Positions 63,791 through 64,000 of a stretch of DNA of 64,000 nt are shown here, piece by piece. The position numbers were made by a program, and so were the translations under genes. How positions within the stretch are numbered: position 1 is the first letter of the stretch; each line of letters starts with the position of its first letter. Below the pieces are notes generated by a model, which saw only the letters and a program-made list of their open reading frames with translations, did not search any database and was not told where the DNA came from. The DNA lies in the NCBI GenBank assembly GCA_049999805.1, contig JBNGIO010004204.1, forward strand, positions 1 to 64,000, given 5' to 3'. The DNA comes from Folioceros fuciformis (taxonomy: Eukaryota).

Positions 63791-64000
63791 CGCGACTCGT
63801 GCTCCTGCTCCTACTCCCGCTCCTCCTCCGCCACAAGCAGTGAAACCCCTGCTCACAGCAGATCGAAGCCTCCTTGAGAGCTATGGTCGTCGGGTATTCC
63901 GCCCGCTACCCCGATCGTCCGGTCCCGGTCAAGCAAGAAAGCCGGAACACGGTAAGACGGCCGCCTTCCGTGTTCACACGGCTCCCAACAATATTGAACC

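Overview
This is eukaryotic, land-plant nuclear DNA. GC-rich genes with short GT-AG introns (mostly 70-150 bp) alternate with AT-rich islands of decayed transposons. The compact introns and gene families suggest a bryophyte-grade plant, plausibly a hornwort, though this is inference. Nine protein-coding genes are supportable: a class-3 lipase (At4g10955-like), plastid DXS, a 5-exon lipoxygenase, the DOCK-type ROP-GEF SPIKE1, FAM91A1, proteasome ATPase RPT6, an HR-lesion-inducing family membrane protein, a JAGGED-like QALGGH C2H2 zinc finger and a DUF1218 membrane protein. Transposon relics include a decayed Ty3/Gypsy pol set among LTR-like repeats rearranged at a perfect 36-bp palindrome, and CRE-like restriction-endonuclease non-LTR fragments. 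There is one 100-N assembly gap. The most notable signal is the lipoxygenase: its ORF is intact, yet it carries Gly at the Coffa stereo-determinant, His in place of the Asn iron ligand and C-terminal Ala instead of Ile, which points to a non-canonical, possibly R-specific oxylipin enzyme. Exon boundaries were read by eye and no database searches were run.
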